Shown here: piece after piece, positions 46,135 to 56,069 of the stretch | Layout of the letters: every line of letters starts with the position of its first letter | How positions within the stretch are numbered: the first letter of the stretch is position 1 | Virus record (IMG/VR): IMGVR_UViG_3300031787_000001 | Coordinates: 62,001 to 126,000 of that record | Strand: one strand, 5' to 3' | DNA: 64,000 bases | Translations under genes and position numbers: made by a program | The notes under the pieces: generated by a model | The model's database searches: none | Seen by the model: only the letters and a program-made list of their open reading frames with translations | Told to the model about the DNA's origin: nothing

Positions 46135-46732
46135 ATTTAAGTAAACTATAGTACTCTTTAAAGTGTTTAATTCTATCAGGTAATCCAATAGTTCCACCAT
46201 TTACTCTTTTCGTAATTGAAGTAACATCAACATCAGTAGCACCTTTATCGGCTAATGTGTTTAATCCATTTTTACCCCAAAACCAAGCCGCAGATAGTAA
46301 TGGATATTTTGTCGCAACTAAATCAGGATTTTCTAAAATGTTTTCAGTAACAACTTTATCAAATTCAGTATAATTTGCTTTACCGGTTAATTGGATATAA
46401 CCTCTGCCGCGAAATTTATAACCTTCTTTTGTTGGTTCAGCACCATTACCCATTCTTCCACCATAAACTCTCGATGCAATTAGTTCAGGTTTTCTTTCAT
46501 ACTGTTCTGCAAGTGCCTGAGTTGGGAAATACTTTTTAAACGTAGTTAATAAACCTTTTGCCCCGTAATTAAGGTTCTCGTTTACAAACTTAAATCCACC
46601 ACTTTCATGTCCACACTGAGCAAGAAAATGAGATAATCTCAAGGGTGTGTTTATGTTAAATTTAGCCATAACATCGGGAATTTGTCCGATCACTGTGTCA
46701 GGAACATGTCCTTTTAATTTGTTTAAATCCAT
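46133..46732 (-). CDS. endolysin, glycoside hydrolase family 19
   Basis: FLAQCGHESGG, ENLNY, RGRGYIQLTGKANY, ITKRVNGG. Confidence 0.9.
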   Translation of the reverse strand: MDLNKLKGHVPDTVIGQIPDVMAKFNINTPLRLSHFLAQCGHESGGFKFVNENLNYGAKGLLTTFKKYFPTQALAEQYERKPELIASRVYGGRMGNGAEPTKEGYKFRGRGYIQLTGKANYTEFDKVVTENILENPDLVATKYPLLSAAWFWGKNGLNTLADKGATDVDVTSITKRVNGGTIGLPDRIKHFKEYYSLLK

Positions 46733-46758
46733 TGTTTTTTGTTTTTATTTATTGTTTA

Positions 46759-47031
46759 TTATTCTACTGTTTCTTCATTTGTTTCTTCTGCCGGTTTACC
46801 ATGTTTCATAACGATAAATTTATCAACTGAGGCAATACCAAATGACCCCAATGTCATAATTAGGAACGAATTAAAGATGAAGTCTGTAACTAATAATTCT
46901 TTACCTAAAGAACCTGTTACGATGTCTGCAACGGCAAATATTACCATTACAACAAAAGATGCAAAACCAACAACCGATTTTTCATTTATATCGTTGTTGT
47001 CACTAAATAAATTTTTAAAAAATTTTTTCAT
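46759..47031 (-). CDS. holin-like 2-TM protein
   Basis: two TMs, immediately upstream of endolysin. Confidence 0.55.
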   Translation of the reverse strand: MKKFFKNLFSDNNDINEKSVVGFASFVVMVIFAVADIVTGSLGKELLVTDFIFNSFLIMTLGSFGIASVDKFIVMKHGKPAEETNEETVE

Positions 47032-47052
47032 AGGATACGGATTTTATTTTTA

Positions 47053-47484
47053 TTATTGACTTATACCAGTTATAAAGATGGTTAACCAAACAACAAGTGC
47101 CGATACCACACCAATCGTTACTCTTTGTTTTACTTTTTTATCCTCAAATTCCATCTTTTTATATTTTTCAATTTCTTTAACGTAAACGTCATTTAATAAT
47201 AAAGTTCTTTTTAAGGAATCTTGTGTTTTTGATAAATTTTTATTTGTATTAATTAATGATTCACTTGTTAATCTCAAATTTTCTTTATTTTGAAATAAAG
47301 AAACATTTATTAATTTAATACTATCTTTTAATAATAAAAATTTATTATCAATTGCTTTGGCTTGAGGTACGGTCATTATAACAACTTCCTCACCTTTAAT
47401 AATCTTCGTAGTCGGATATTGTGCGAATGATATATGGCTCACCACGATCATTGTCAATATCATAAAGTATTTTTTTAAGTTCAT
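47053..47484 (-). CDS. secreted coiled-coil protein with C-terminal TM (spanin-like)
   Basis: signal peptide, coiled coil, C-terminal hydrophobic helix; overlaps lipoprotein gene. Confidence 0.5.
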   Translation of the reverse strand: MNLKKYFMILTMIVVSHISFAQYPTTKIIKGEEVVIMTVPQAKAIDNKFLLLKDSIKLINVSLFQNKENLRLTSESLINTNKNLSKTQDSLKRTLLLNDVYVKEIEKYKKMEFEDKKVKQRVTIGVVSALVVWLTIFITGISQ

Positions 47485-47728
47485 TATTTTCTTCTTTTAA
47501 TTGTTTTATTTCATTTTCCATTTTTTGAATCTTTTTTACAGTTTTTTCTACTTTTCCTGTAATTGCAGAATCAGATTTGGAAGAGGCTTCTTGTGCTACT
47601 TCTGAATTTAATTTACTTTGTTGTATCAGAGAATCTATGGTAGAAGTTGTATTGTCAACCTTTTCCATTTTAATGGTTTTTGAGTTACAAGAAAGTAATA
47701 AAATACAGAAAAATAATAGTTTTTTCAT
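47396..47728 (-). CDS. lipoprotein (o-spanin-like)
   Basis: MKKLLFFCILLLSC lipobox, coiled coil. Confidence 0.55.
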   Translation of the reverse strand: MKKLLFFCILLLSCNSKTIKMEKVDNTTSTIDSLIQQSKLNSEVAQEASSKSDSAITGKVEKTVKKIQKMENEIKQLKEENNELKKILYDIDNDRGEPYIIRTISDYEDY

Positions 47729-47730
47729 GA

Positions 47731-48033
47731 TTACTTAATTTTTCCTAATTCTTGTAATACCGCAATTTTAGATGCCGCTGCGGACAATGTACTATCGGAT
47801 CTACGAAGAGCTTCAGTTAATTGATCAACTTTTCCTTCTAATTTTGTTATTTTTTCGTTCATTGTTTTTTGTGTATTTGAGTTAGTCATCTTTATATCAA
47901 CATAAAGATAACCTACAGCAATTATACAAATGAACATTAAACCTTTAACAGGTTCTTTAGCGAATTCTTTGAAAGAGATTGGTGGTTTTACTGTACCAGC
48001 AACTGTTTCTACTGCGGATTTAGCCTTAGCCAT
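47731..48033 (-). CDS. TM plus coiled-coil protein (i-spanin-like)
   Basis: GLMFICIIAVGYLYV then coiled coil. Confidence 0.5.
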   Translation of the reverse strand: MAKAKSAVETVAGTVKPPISFKEFAKEPVKGLMFICIIAVGYLYVDIKMTNSNTQKTMNEKITKLEGKVDQLTEALRRSDSTLSAAASKIAVLQELGKIK

Positions 48034-48201
48034 TTAAATAGGATTTTGGATATATTATTATAACTATAAATATTGACATTTTTTAAAAATTCATATATAT
48101 TTATTGTAGACCTTGTGATTGAATCGGAAGTGTTTAAGTAACATTTGAGTTGGAATTGATACCAACGAATTCGGGTTCAAATACAAAAAAATATAAGGAA
48201 A

Positions 48202-48999
48202 ATGAGAAGAAGAATTTCACTTCAAAGTGGTCTTGCTGTACCACAATCTTTTATTACCAAGGGTAAACAAAGATTAAAACAAAACGTAGACACCGTATAT
48301 ATGAACAACGGTGATGAGTTCGAGATCGAACTTTATAATCCCACACAAAATAAGATTTTAGCAAAAATTGAAATGAATGGTAGTTCTATTGGTAATGGAA
48401 TTATCCTTCGTCCTGGTGAAAGGGTATTTTTAGAAAGATACTTTGATGAAGCCAAAAAGTTTTTGTTTGAAACTTATACTGTCGACGGAAATAATGAAGA
48501 AGTACAAAATGCAATTGCAAAAAATGGTGATGTTACTGTTAGTTTCTACAATGAAAATAAACCACAACTGTATAATACAATCACTCCAAATGTAAATTGG
48601 ACTGCAACAAATGTGGGTGGTTCTTTTTCTTACACGGGTGATATTGGTGTATATAACACAACAACATCTGGCACTGTTAGTTATAGTAGTACATCGGGAA
48701 CTTATACTACCACAAATGAACCAATATTATTTTCAAGTTCTGTTAAATCCACACTTGATAAAAAATCGAGAGAAATTGAAACGGGTAGGGTTGAGAAGGG
48801 TTCAAATTCCGATCAATCATTTGTTTATGATAACTCAAGTTTCGAATATTATTCATTTCATACTAACTGGTGGAGAATAAAACCTATGCAGGAAAAACCA
48901 TGCACTAAGGACGATTTAGTGGTTTACTGCACGGAATGCGGTGCAAAACGTAAGAAAGATAACCATAAATTTTGTCCACATTGTGGAACAAAATATTAA
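48202..48999 (+). CDS. hypothetical protein with C-terminal zinc ribbon
   Basis: CTECG...FCPHCG; Thr/Ser-rich linker. Confidence 0.65.
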   Translation: MRRRISLQSGLAVPQSFITKGKQRLKQNVDTVYMNNGDEFEIELYNPTQNKILAKIEMNGSSIGNGIILRPGERVFLERYFDEAKKFLFETYTVDGNNEEVQNAIAKNGDVTVSFYNENKPQLYNTITPNVNWTATNVGGSFSYTGDIGVYNTTTSGTVSYSSTSGTYTTTNEPILFSSSVKSTLDKKSREIETGRVEKGSNSDQSFVYDNSSFEYYSFHTNWWRIKPMQEKPCTKDDLVVYCTECGAKRKKDNHKFCPHCGTKY

Positions 49000-49023
49000 T
49001 AAAAAATAAAACACAAGGTCAAT

Positions 49024-49052
49024 AAAAAAGGGGAGTTAAACTCCCCTTTTTT
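49024..49052. terminator. bidirectional intrinsic terminator
   Basis: aaaaaaggggag-ttaaa-ctcccctttttt. Confidence 0.8.
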
Positions 49053-49069
49053 AATTTGTATTTTCTCAA

Positions 49070-49930
49070 TTATAGAATTGATTTTCCGTTAAAAGCAATT
49101 GCTTCAGATAAAATACTTAAAGTATTTTTACCGGTAAAACTGTGATATCTTTCAAACATTTCTTGTAAGAAACCTTTAATACCACCCCAAACATTTCCAG
49201 CGACATTTGCCGCCTTATTTGCAAAACCAGTCACTCCCTGTTTAACGGTGTTGTACGCACTACTTACAGTTTGTTTGGCTTTATTATATGCACCTGATGC
49301 CCAACTTGCTGCCTTATCCCAAGCAACACCAACTTGATTTTGTATTGTACCCCACTGTTGTCCCAACCAACCTGAAACAGCACCACCAAATTCTTTAATA
49401 GCAGCGGCACCGACTAATATTTTTGCCCATGCCTGAACACCAAATTGTTTGAATGCCTGTATAACCCACTTAACAACACCGAATGTAGCTTCTTTTGCTG
49501 AGTTAAGTCCTTGTAAAATAGCTTGTGATCCTTTTTCGATTGCGATACCAGCCGCTTTCAATGCATCCATTCCCGATTTTCCAACTGCTTGAGCACCACT
49601 AACAACGGCCTTACCTGTTGAGGCCAAAAATTTCAATATTGCATTACTAACCGCCGCACTTACTTTGTAAAGACCTTTACCTATTAAATAAACAACAGTT
49701 GCACCTGCAATAAAAATGTTAAATGTTATTTTACCTATCGTTACCACAATTTGTTTACCTATATTAACAGCCTTTACAGCTGCGGTATTTACCGCTTGTC
49801 TGACTTTCTGTCCTGCTTGTGTACCGGTTTGAACACCTTGATTATAACTTTGTTTAATGTCTTCTTTGAGGATTATTTCATTTATCAAATCCTTTAATTG
49901 GGATTCCGTTAATTTAACTACTCTAGCCAT
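49070..49930 (-). CDS. Ala/Gly-rich amphipathic protein, probable virion/internal protein
   Basis: N-terminal KLTESQLKDLINE motif; Trp-spaced helical repeats. Confidence 0.55.
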   Translation of the reverse strand: MARVVKLTESQLKDLINEIILKEDIKQSYNQGVQTGTQAGQKVRQAVNTAAVKAVNIGKQIVVTIGKITFNIFIAGATVVYLIGKGLYKVSAAVSNAILKFLASTGKAVVSGAQAVGKSGMDALKAAGIAIEKGSQAILQGLNSAKEATFGVVKWVIQAFKQFGVQAWAKILVGAAAIKEFGGAVSGWLGQQWGTIQNQVGVAWDKAASWASGAYNKAKQTVSSAYNTVKQGVTGFANKAANVAGNVWGGIKGFLQEMFERYHSFTGKNTLSILSEAIAFNGKSIL

Positions 49931-49972
49931 AATGTTTTTTATTTATAAATATCTTGACTTTTATAAAAAAAA

Positions 49973-51823
49973 TTATTTTATTACTTTTTTAAATTTAATA
50001 AAACTTTCAAATAACTGATAATTTGTCACATATGACGCTAAATTTTCTACCTTAACATTACCTCTGTAAGATTTACCTGTGTCTTTATTTTGAAAATGTA
50101 TCTCGACTGATTTTTCAGAACAGTCAACACCAGATAATATTTTTACAATCACATGTTCATTTTCAAAAAAGTCTTTATTTTTGAAAATTTTACTATATAC
50201 ATCATTAAATTTTTGTCTAACTTCTAAACATTCTTTTGTTACCTCACCATCATCTATTAATTCTTCAAAAAATTTTTCAACATCATATTCCATTTTATCC
50301 CATCCTGCGGTTTCCCCCACATATTCATAAATGTATTCATATTCCGTTTGAACATTATTATCCGTTATATAATCCTCAATTATATTAAGTAAATCGGATC
50401 CCCCTTCCCCATCCATTTTTGTTATGTTATTTTTAACCAAATATTGTACAAAATATACAATATTTAATTCGACGTTAGAATTACGATAACCATTATCTAT
50501 TTTTATATACTTTTCAATATCATTTATTAATTTTTGTGCCTCAGCTTCAAAACTTTCTTGATTTAATCTCGTTGATTGATCTAAAAATTCTTCTTGTATT
50601 TTGCTACTTTTATAAAAAATTTCAAAATAATCTTTTTTAAATTGTTCATAATTAAAAGAACCTAAACCTTGTTTTACTTTATCTGAATTTTCTTCATAAT
50701 ATTTTTTGAATAAAGGTTCAAGTTCAATTGCAACATCATCATCATTATAAAATCTATCTCTTAAATCATCATATATTCTATCATAACTACTATTAATGTC
50801 CCCATTATACCCCGCAAGTACACTTTCCACATCACCAATTGTACTATAACTTCTGTAAGAATCTACTTCGAAATTAACATATCCACCACCAATCTGAATA
50901 TCAACTAATCGTTCATGTTCTATCTTTTCTTTCAATCCATCTATATTATTATTTAATAAATCATATACAATTGGATTTGATGTTGCATCTTCAGAAATTG
51001 ATTTTTTCAATAACTCAAGTGAATCTTCACCACTTAAAACAGTCATTCTTTTTATTTGAGCATCTATTTGTTTTTGATCAGTAACATTTGTAAAAAGTGA
51101 TGGGAAAAAATATTTTTTAATTTCGGGATTTTCATTTAAAAAATCACCAGTATTAATTTGTTTGTCAGCCGGATTCATGAATTGTTTAGACTCAAAATGA
51201 AACTGATACTTATCATTTTCATTTGTTTTATTAATCATAATAAACAATGGTCCCTGTGTGTTATATCTACTGAAATAATTATCCTTACCCTTATGTTTAT
51301 CATTTAAAGAATATGGACCCCATGTTGTACACCATTCAGTATTAACACCTAAATAACACGATGCCCTTTCGGTTAATGGTTGAACAATATACCAATTTTC
51401 TCCGTTATGTAAAATTTTATATTCTTGTTCAGATAAAGATTTTAATATCGTAGATATATCTCTTTTATCTTGAACAATGTATTTTTTAACTAAATCATAT
51501 AAATCACTAAGTTGATTTACTTTATTTATGTCTACTGCTATTTTGTGTTTATATAGATACCCAAGATAATCCTTGGCTCTATCTAAATCTTCCAATTTCA
51601 ATGTACCCTTACCATATAATAACAATAATAATTTAGAATACTTTCCAATTCTTTGTACCCTTTTTTCAATACTTGTATCAACTCCCGGATTTACCGCTGA
51701 TTGTGGATCTGCTGAAATTACTTTAATAAATGTTGCGGGAGGTATTTTACTATAATATTTTGTATATATCTCACTGGGGGTGGCCTCAACTAATAATTCC
51801 TCAAATAGTAATTTTAATTTCAT
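49973..51823 (-). CDS. hypothetical protein, 'YG..T.WC' family
   Basis: QPLTERASCYLGVNTEWCTTW...KYQFHFESKQFMN. Confidence 0.55.
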   Translation of the reverse strand: MKLKLLFEELLVEATPSEIYTKYYSKIPPATFIKVISADPQSAVNPGVDTSIEKRVQRIGKYSKLLLLLYGKGTLKLEDLDRAKDYLGYLYKHKIAVDINKVNQLSDLYDLVKKYIVQDKRDISTILKSLSEQEYKILHNGENWYIVQPLTERASCYLGVNTEWCTTWGPYSLNDKHKGKDNYFSRYNTQGPLFIMINKTNENDKYQFHFESKQFMNPADKQINTGDFLNENPEIKKYFFPSLFTNVTDQKQIDAQIKRMTVLSGEDSLELLKKSISEDATSNPIVYDLLNNNIDGLKEKIEHERLVDIQIGGGYVNFEVDSYRSYSTIGDVESVLAGYNGDINSSYDRIYDDLRDRFYNDDDVAIELEPLFKKYYEENSDKVKQGLGSFNYEQFKKDYFEIFYKSSKIQEEFLDQSTRLNQESFEAEAQKLINDIEKYIKIDNGYRNSNVELNIVYFVQYLVKNNITKMDGEGGSDLLNIIEDYITDNNVQTEYEYIYEYVGETAGWDKMEYDVEKFFEELIDDGEVTKECLEVRQKFNDVYSKIFKNKDFFENEHVIVKILSGVDCSEKSVEIHFQNKDTGKSYRGNVKVENLASYVTNYQLFESFIKFKKVIK

Positions 51824-51835
51824 AAAGTTTAATTA

Positions 51836-52930
51836 TTACATACAACCACCTTGAATATCCCAAATAGTAGTACCAATTGGACTATATACAAATATATCAA
51901 CAGAATTCATTGATTCATCTTTCACAAAATTGGTAACACCAACTATTCGTCCTGGAAATAATTCATCTCTTCCTTCTGTTTTTATAACATCAGAAGTGAA
52001 TGTCCAAAACCCACCCGCCTTTTTTATTCTTTCAACATTCCTCTCCCCTGATTTTGACCAATTTATATTGACAACATGACCAAGAAGTTCTTGTAAACCA
52101 CCATCATCATTAAAACTTGAAGGATCGGGAATATTTTTTATATTACTTGGGAACATACCGGGTATTTTTTGACCATTTTTAACATATGTGTGATACAATA
52201 TTGTTCCCAACATAATATTCCAGTAAGTTTTTGGTTCGTCACCAACAAATCCCGTATTTATAATTTTATTACCCGATCTTACAACTAACATATCAGGAAC
52301 CATACGTGGATACATAACAATTTTAAATTTAGACCCGACCGGCATTTTTGATATATCAATAGATTTACTATATCCTAAGAAATTGTTATTTGGGTACGCA
52401 ACACCACCATTCATTGTTTCTTTAAAATCACAAATATTGTTTGTAGTGGTGCCGGTATTAACTGGTGTTTCTTTTTCACCCGAAACAGATGCAAACAACT
52501 TTACATATTGCCAAGCTGTATAATCGGGGTGTTTTGAACCTTTTTTAGTATCCCAATCAGGTCCTTGAGCACCTTTATTATCTATTATTAAATTTACATT
52601 TTGTGGTAATTTCTTATCTAAATAATTTTTAACCTCTTCAGCCCTTAATCTTGAAAGATCTCCGGGTTTCAAACCAACACCACTATTTGGTACTTTAGAC
52701 TCCGAAGATTCTATGGTTACATTTATTGCCGTATTTTTTGGGTATTTTGAAATATACCCATTAATTTGAGCTAGTGCACCATCTATAGCTTGTGTATTTA
52801 TTGGTCTATATTGACCACTTGGAAAACTATTTGGTGGTAATTTAATTTCTAACGCTTGACCCCTTTCTACTACGGGGTCCTGTTCTAGAATTATTCTTTT
52901 TAATTGATTTTCTGTTATAATAATTTTCAT
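51836..52930 (-). CDS. protein with OmpA-C-like domain
   Basis: ITENQLKRIILEQ N-terminus; SESKVPN...LSRLRAEEVKNYL. Confidence 0.5.
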   Translation of the reverse strand: MKIIITENQLKRIILEQDPVVERGQALEIKLPPNSFPSGQYRPINTQAIDGALAQINGYISKYPKNTAINVTIESSESKVPNSGVGLKPGDLSRLRAEEVKNYLDKKLPQNVNLIIDNKGAQGPDWDTKKGSKHPDYTAWQYVKLFASVSGEKETPVNTGTTTNNICDFKETMNGGVAYPNNNFLGYSKSIDISKMPVGSKFKIVMYPRMVPDMLVVRSGNKIINTGFVGDEPKTYWNIMLGTILYHTYVKNGQKIPGMFPSNIKNIPDPSSFNDDGGLQELLGHVVNINWSKSGERNVERIKKAGGFWTFTSDVIKTEGRDELFPGRIVGVTNFVKDESMNSVDIFVYSPIGTTIWDIQGGCM

Positions 52931-52980
52931 ATAGATAAATATAATATCAAAATAAAAAAAATGAAGTTATATTTATAAAT

Positions 52981-53346
52981 ATGAGGAAGTTTTTTACGAT
53001 TCTACTTTCAGATAGTAATAAAATATCAACCAAAAGGTTTATTGGGTTGATATGTTTAATTATGTTTATTGCATATGGTATCTCAGGATTACTAAGACCG
53101 TTTAATGTTCAATTTTGGATTTTTTATGTTTCTTTATGTACAATAACAATTTGGATTGCATTCAAGTTTATGTCTTCTGAAAAAATATTGAAGTATGATG
53201 TTATATCAAAATTAACTAAATTTGGTGCAGTAAAAGAAGTTGTGGATGGATTTATAGAAAATGAAAATACAATAGATGGTATAATACAACCTAATAATAA
53301 TGAAGAGGTGGGGGAAGAAGAAACTGTTTGGAATAAAGTAGAATAA
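52981..53346 (+). CDS. 2-TM membrane protein
   Basis: two TMs; N-terminus resembles 46759..47031. Confidence 0.55.
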   Translation: MRKFFTILLSDSNKISTKRFIGLICLIMFIAYGISGLLRPFNVQFWIFYVSLCTITIWIAFKFMSSEKILKYDVISKLTKFGAVKEVVDGFIENENTIDGIIQPNNNEEVGEEETVWNKVE

Positions 53347-53347
53347 A

Positions 53348-53854
53348 TTATCTATTAAAATACATCTTAATAAATTCACTTTTCGACATCCCGACTTTGT
53401 TTGTTTCTTTTGGTTTTTCTGTAACTTTATTATCTACTACCTTTTTCTCTACGATTTTCTTTTCAACAATTTGATTTTTTGTGGTTGTTGGAGTTAAAGT
53501 AATTTCATTAACCACAATTTTAGGTTTTTTATCTTCAACTTGTTCTTGAACTGTTACACTAACCTTCTTATCTGAAACAACATCAAATTCTGAACTCCAA
53601 GGTTCAAAATGTACATCATCGGCTATGATCTCCAATTTTATTGTACCAACCTCACCTTCACTAAGGATATTTTTTAATTTTGGTAAATTAAATTCACACA
53701 CACCATTATCAAATAATTTACCTCTAAAAAGATATGACATTTCGTTCTTTGTTTCCAAAATAACTCTAGCTTGAGAATTACTTAAAGAAGTACCTTCAAC
53801 CTGTACAGTACATTGAAATTTATTGGTCTTGTCGGTATATAATTTGTAACCCAT
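53348..53854 (-). CDS. hypothetical structural protein
   Basis: 168 aa, beta-rich N-terminus. Confidence 0.55.
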   Translation of the reverse strand: MGYKLYTDKTNKFQCTVQVEGTSLSNSQARVILETKNEMSYLFRGKLFDNGVCEFNLPKLKNILSEGEVGTIKLEIIADDVHFEPWSSEFDVVSDKKVSVTVQEQVEDKKPKIVVNEITLTPTTTKNQIVEKKIVEKKVVDNKVTEKPKETNKVGMSKSEFIKMYFNR

Positions 53855-53855
53855 A

Positions 53856-54185
53856 TTAAACTATAACTTTTACGTTTATTTGTCTTATTTCTTTTATAAA
53901 TAGTTTCATATCCTTAATTGTTACATCAACATCGGTATTTTTTGATTTATTACTAGTGATGACCAATTCTTTATTTTGTTCCGTTTTTATTCTTGTTATC
54001 AGTCCTATTAATACTTTTTTATCTTCTTCTGGTAGATTTTTAACAAATTTCGATAATTTCTTATTTCTGTTAAGTGGACCTGAAAAATTTACAATTTTTG
54101 ATATGACACAAGCCTCTACCCAAGTTATATTGGCATCTAACCATGTTAAAGTTGCGTCGTTCCATGTTAAACATTGTTGTGCCAT
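53856..54185 (-). CDS. hypothetical protein
   Basis: TWNDATLTWLDANITW repeat. Confidence 0.55.
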   Translation of the reverse strand: MAQQCLTWNDATLTWLDANITWVEACVISKIVNFSGPLNRNKKLSKFVKNLPEEDKKVLIGLITRIKTEQNKELVITSNKSKNTDVDVTIKDMKLFIKEIRQINVKVIV

Positions 54186-54188
54186 AGG

Positions 54189-56069
54189 TTATCTTTTATA
54201 TGCTGCTAGTAATTGACCAAGTATCTCAGGTGTAGCGGCTATTCTCAATCTTTGAGCTATCGGATCTGAACTTGCACTAAGTTCCGCTAATAATTGTGAC
54301 GTATCAAATAATGCGGTTCCAACTGTATTATCTGTTGCAACTCCGCTTCTAACGTCAGTTGGTGATGTCATTCTTAATGTTCCCGTAAGTCCACTTGATG
54401 GTCCGAATTGGGTTAGATATCTAACATCTGATAGTGGTGGTTGATTTGGGAATGTGTTGTCTGAATAAAGTGTTCTGTCTGCACCACCTGATGTGAAAAA
54501 CCTTGCTTGGGTTGTTCCTGTTTGGTCTAACCATATGATTGGTGCGTAGATTGCCATTTTACCATTAATATTGAACATATCACCTCTCAAATATACTTGT
54601 GCGGTTGAGTTTGTAACAGATACCGCAACAGCACTTGTTGAGGCACTTGCATTGCCTAATATATTTATACTACTTGATATCGCAGATGCAACAGCCGCCC
54701 CAACATTTGAGGTTGAAACATTACCACTTACGTTTATTGTTGTGAAGTTTGTTGATATTGTTGAGTTTGTGGTACTTGAATTTGTTACATTTCCACCAAC
54801 ATTTATTACACCACCTGATTGAAAAAGGTTTGTTCCACCATTAGAAACGTTTCCACTTATTGTCACGGTTGGCGAACCAAGTTGTATTTGGGCGTTTGCA
54901 CTACCACTAACATTTGTTACATTTCCACCAATTGTTAATTGTGTTATACTTCCAGCCGCTATTGTTATATTACCAACACAAGAAACATTACCTGTTATTG
55001 TAATTGTCCCTATTGTTGATTTTGATAATAATGTTTCACCTCCTCTACCTGATGGTTGACCAATTAAACTTCCATTAACTATAATATTACCTGTTCCTGT
55101 TGAAGCTATTGTTTGGTTTGATGCACCAGCACTAGTTGTTGTATGTTGAAAATAGTCACCAAATAATGTTAAATTTCCTGTCGATGAATGGGTTATTTGT
55201 GCTCCACCAATAAGACCTAATGTTACATTACCAAGTGTATTAACTATTAAATTAGCTGTTCCACTATGTTGTAATCCATTAAGAGTTAAAGGTATCCTTG
55301 CGGCAGGTGCATTTATTGTAATTGTTCCACCACTTGTTGAATTGACAACCAAACTTGATAGGTTTAACGCACCTGATAGATTTGCGGTTATATTTGATGT
55401 GTTAAAGTTAAAGTTTCCTCCTGCAGTTGTTGTAATACTATTGTTACCCGCAAAAATCTGTACCTCACCCACTGTAGTGTTAGTTCCACCATTTATTGTC
55501 AATAAATTTACCCTGTATCTTGAATATGCAATTGTATTTGAAAATAATGGACTGGTATAAACAACAGAATCGGTTAATGCAAATCCCGATACACTGTGTA
55601 AAATAGTCCAACTTACACCATCATTACTACCTTCAAAATTCCAACTTGTTGGTGCATTTACGTTTCCTCCACCGTATGTTGATATCCACCATTGGGATAA
55701 TACATATCTTGTTGCAATGAATGGTGTTGCGGGTATATAACCAATCCATCCTGTGGTGGCACCCGCTTGCCATCCCTGATTTTCTGATAAAGCATTACCA
55801 TTAAATGCCAAATAACTAATTGATGAGCTATTATTACTTATCACAAAACCTGATGGTGACCCATTTGATGTCATGTTGGGAGTTGCTTTACTACCAAGAG
55901 ATTTAGCACTATTGTTCAAACTGTTCACTGTAAACCCTGTGTCAACTAATACCGTAAACCCATTGGTATATACATCGTCACCAACTGTTGGTATTCCCAA
56001 TGTTGTTCCATCATTCCAAGTTGTTATGTTTGACCAACTACCGCCTGTTATTGCCCATCTTATTGCCAT
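54189..56069 (-). CDS. tail fibre/spike-like protein with discoidin-like domain and beta-helix repeats
   Basis: WNFEGSNDG.SW..L, YRVN; G/N/T-rich repeats; paralogue of next gene. Confidence 0.6.
   Translation of the reverse strand: MAIRWAITGGSWSNITTWNDGTTLGIPTVGDDVYTNGFTVLVDTGFTVNSLNNSAKSLGSKATPNMTSNGSPSGFVISNNSSSISYLAFNGNALSENQGWQAGATTGWIGYIPATPFIATRYVLSQWWISTYGGGNVNAPTSWNFEGSNDGVSWTILHSVSGFALTDSVVYTSPLFSNTIAYSRYRVNLLTINGGTNTTVGEVQIFAGNNSITTTAGGNFNFNTSNITANLSGALNLSSLVVNSTSGGTITINAPAARIPLTLNGLQHSGTANLIVNTLGNVTLGLIGGAQITHSSTGNLTLFGDYFQHTTTSAGASNQTIASTGTGNIIVNGSLIGQPSGRGGETLLSKSTIGTITITGNVSCVGNITIAAGSITQLTIGGNVTNVSGSANAQIQLGSPTVTISGNVSNGGTNLFQSGGVINVGGNVTNSSTTNSTISTNFTTINVSGNVSTSNVGAAVASAISSSINILGNASASTSAVAVSVTNSTAQVYLRGDMFNINGKMAIYAPIIWLDQTGTTQARFFTSGGADRTLYSDNTFPNQPPLSDVRYLTQFGPSSGLTGTLRMTSPTDVRSGVATDNTVGTALFDTSQLLAELSASSDPIAQRLRIAATPEILGQLLAAYKR

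Noticed and set aside
5995-49052. GGGAG(G)/(C)CTCCC hairpins as anti-SD decoys
   Set aside because: Adequately explained as ordinary intrinsic terminators (5995, 46107, 49024).
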